A DNA stretch of 64,000 bases from Candidatus Uhrbacteria bacterium RIFOXYB12_FULL_58_10. GTDB taxonomy: Bacteria > Patescibacteriota > Patescibacteriia > UBA9934 > GWF2-40-263. The stretch is from assembly GCA_943354165.1 (NCBI GenBank), contig CALRBH010000002.1:5734-69733 (forward strand), given 5' to 3'. This document shows positions 63,927 to 64,000 of the stretch, in pieces. A model generated the notes under the pieces. It was not told where the DNA came from and made no database searches. It was given only the letters and a program-made list of their open reading frames with translations. Position numbers and translations under genes: made by a program. Each line of letters begins with the position of its first letter. Position 1 is the first letter of the stretch.

Positions 63927-64000
63927 ATGACCAGCGGTCAACCGTTCGCAGATTCTGAGCGTTCTTCTCGCGTCCGTAACATTGGCAGCGTCGTCGGACG
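63927..64000 (+). CDS. 5' fragment of a gene driven by the cassette promoter (frame uncertain, truncated by window end)
   Basis: An ATG follows the cassette. An alternative frame encodes a signal-peptide-like RSQILSVLLASVTLAASS, resembling the lipoprotein at 51520, but lacks an in-frame start. Confidence 0.2.
   Translation, partial: MTSGQPFADSERSSRVRNIGSVVG

Overview
This 64-kb window looks like a chromosomal segment from a small, compact bacterial genome. The gene content (standalone GerMN lipoprotein, LysM-M23 peptidase, class-A PBP, DedA, arrays of VirB2/TrbC-like pilins, many orphan lipoproteins) is compatible with a Patescibacteria/CPR-like or small-genome Gram-positive-type lineage. 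I cannot assign taxonomy from sequence alone. It contains the classical replication-origin neighbourhood: rpmH-rnpA-yidD on the minus strand, divergent from dnaA-dnaN on the plus strand, with DnaA boxes around dnaA and an AT-rich stretch before dnaN. Housekeeping genes include polA, pnp, rpsO, rpsT, tig, rnhB, nfo, holA, comM/yifB, lspA, a class-A PBP, galU, iscS, nifU/iscU with a ferredoxin and its reductase, a P-type ATPase, dedA and ccdA plus a thioredoxin-like gene. There are six tRNAs: Ala-like, Arg-CCT, His, Arg-TCT, Cys and Ser. Accessory content is: (1) two type II toxin-antitoxin cassettes, each bracketed by near-identical duplicated terminator hairpins; (2) a tandem array of six paralogous VirB2/TrbC-like pilin genes preceded by a GC-rich block of four novel membrane/lipoprotein genes; (3) at least three dispersed repeat families (TAG-rich palindromes, AACGACAAA palindromes, and telomere-like GTAAGGG/CCCTTAC cassettes fused to a conserved promoter); (4) a roughly 380-nt candidate structured RNA with a perfect sigma70-type promoter and a strong terminator, directly downstream of an ectopic DnaA-box cluster. 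No CRISPR array, rRNA, transposase or obvious prophage was seen. Many long ORFs in the six-frame track are antisense artefacts of GC-rich coding regions and were discarded.
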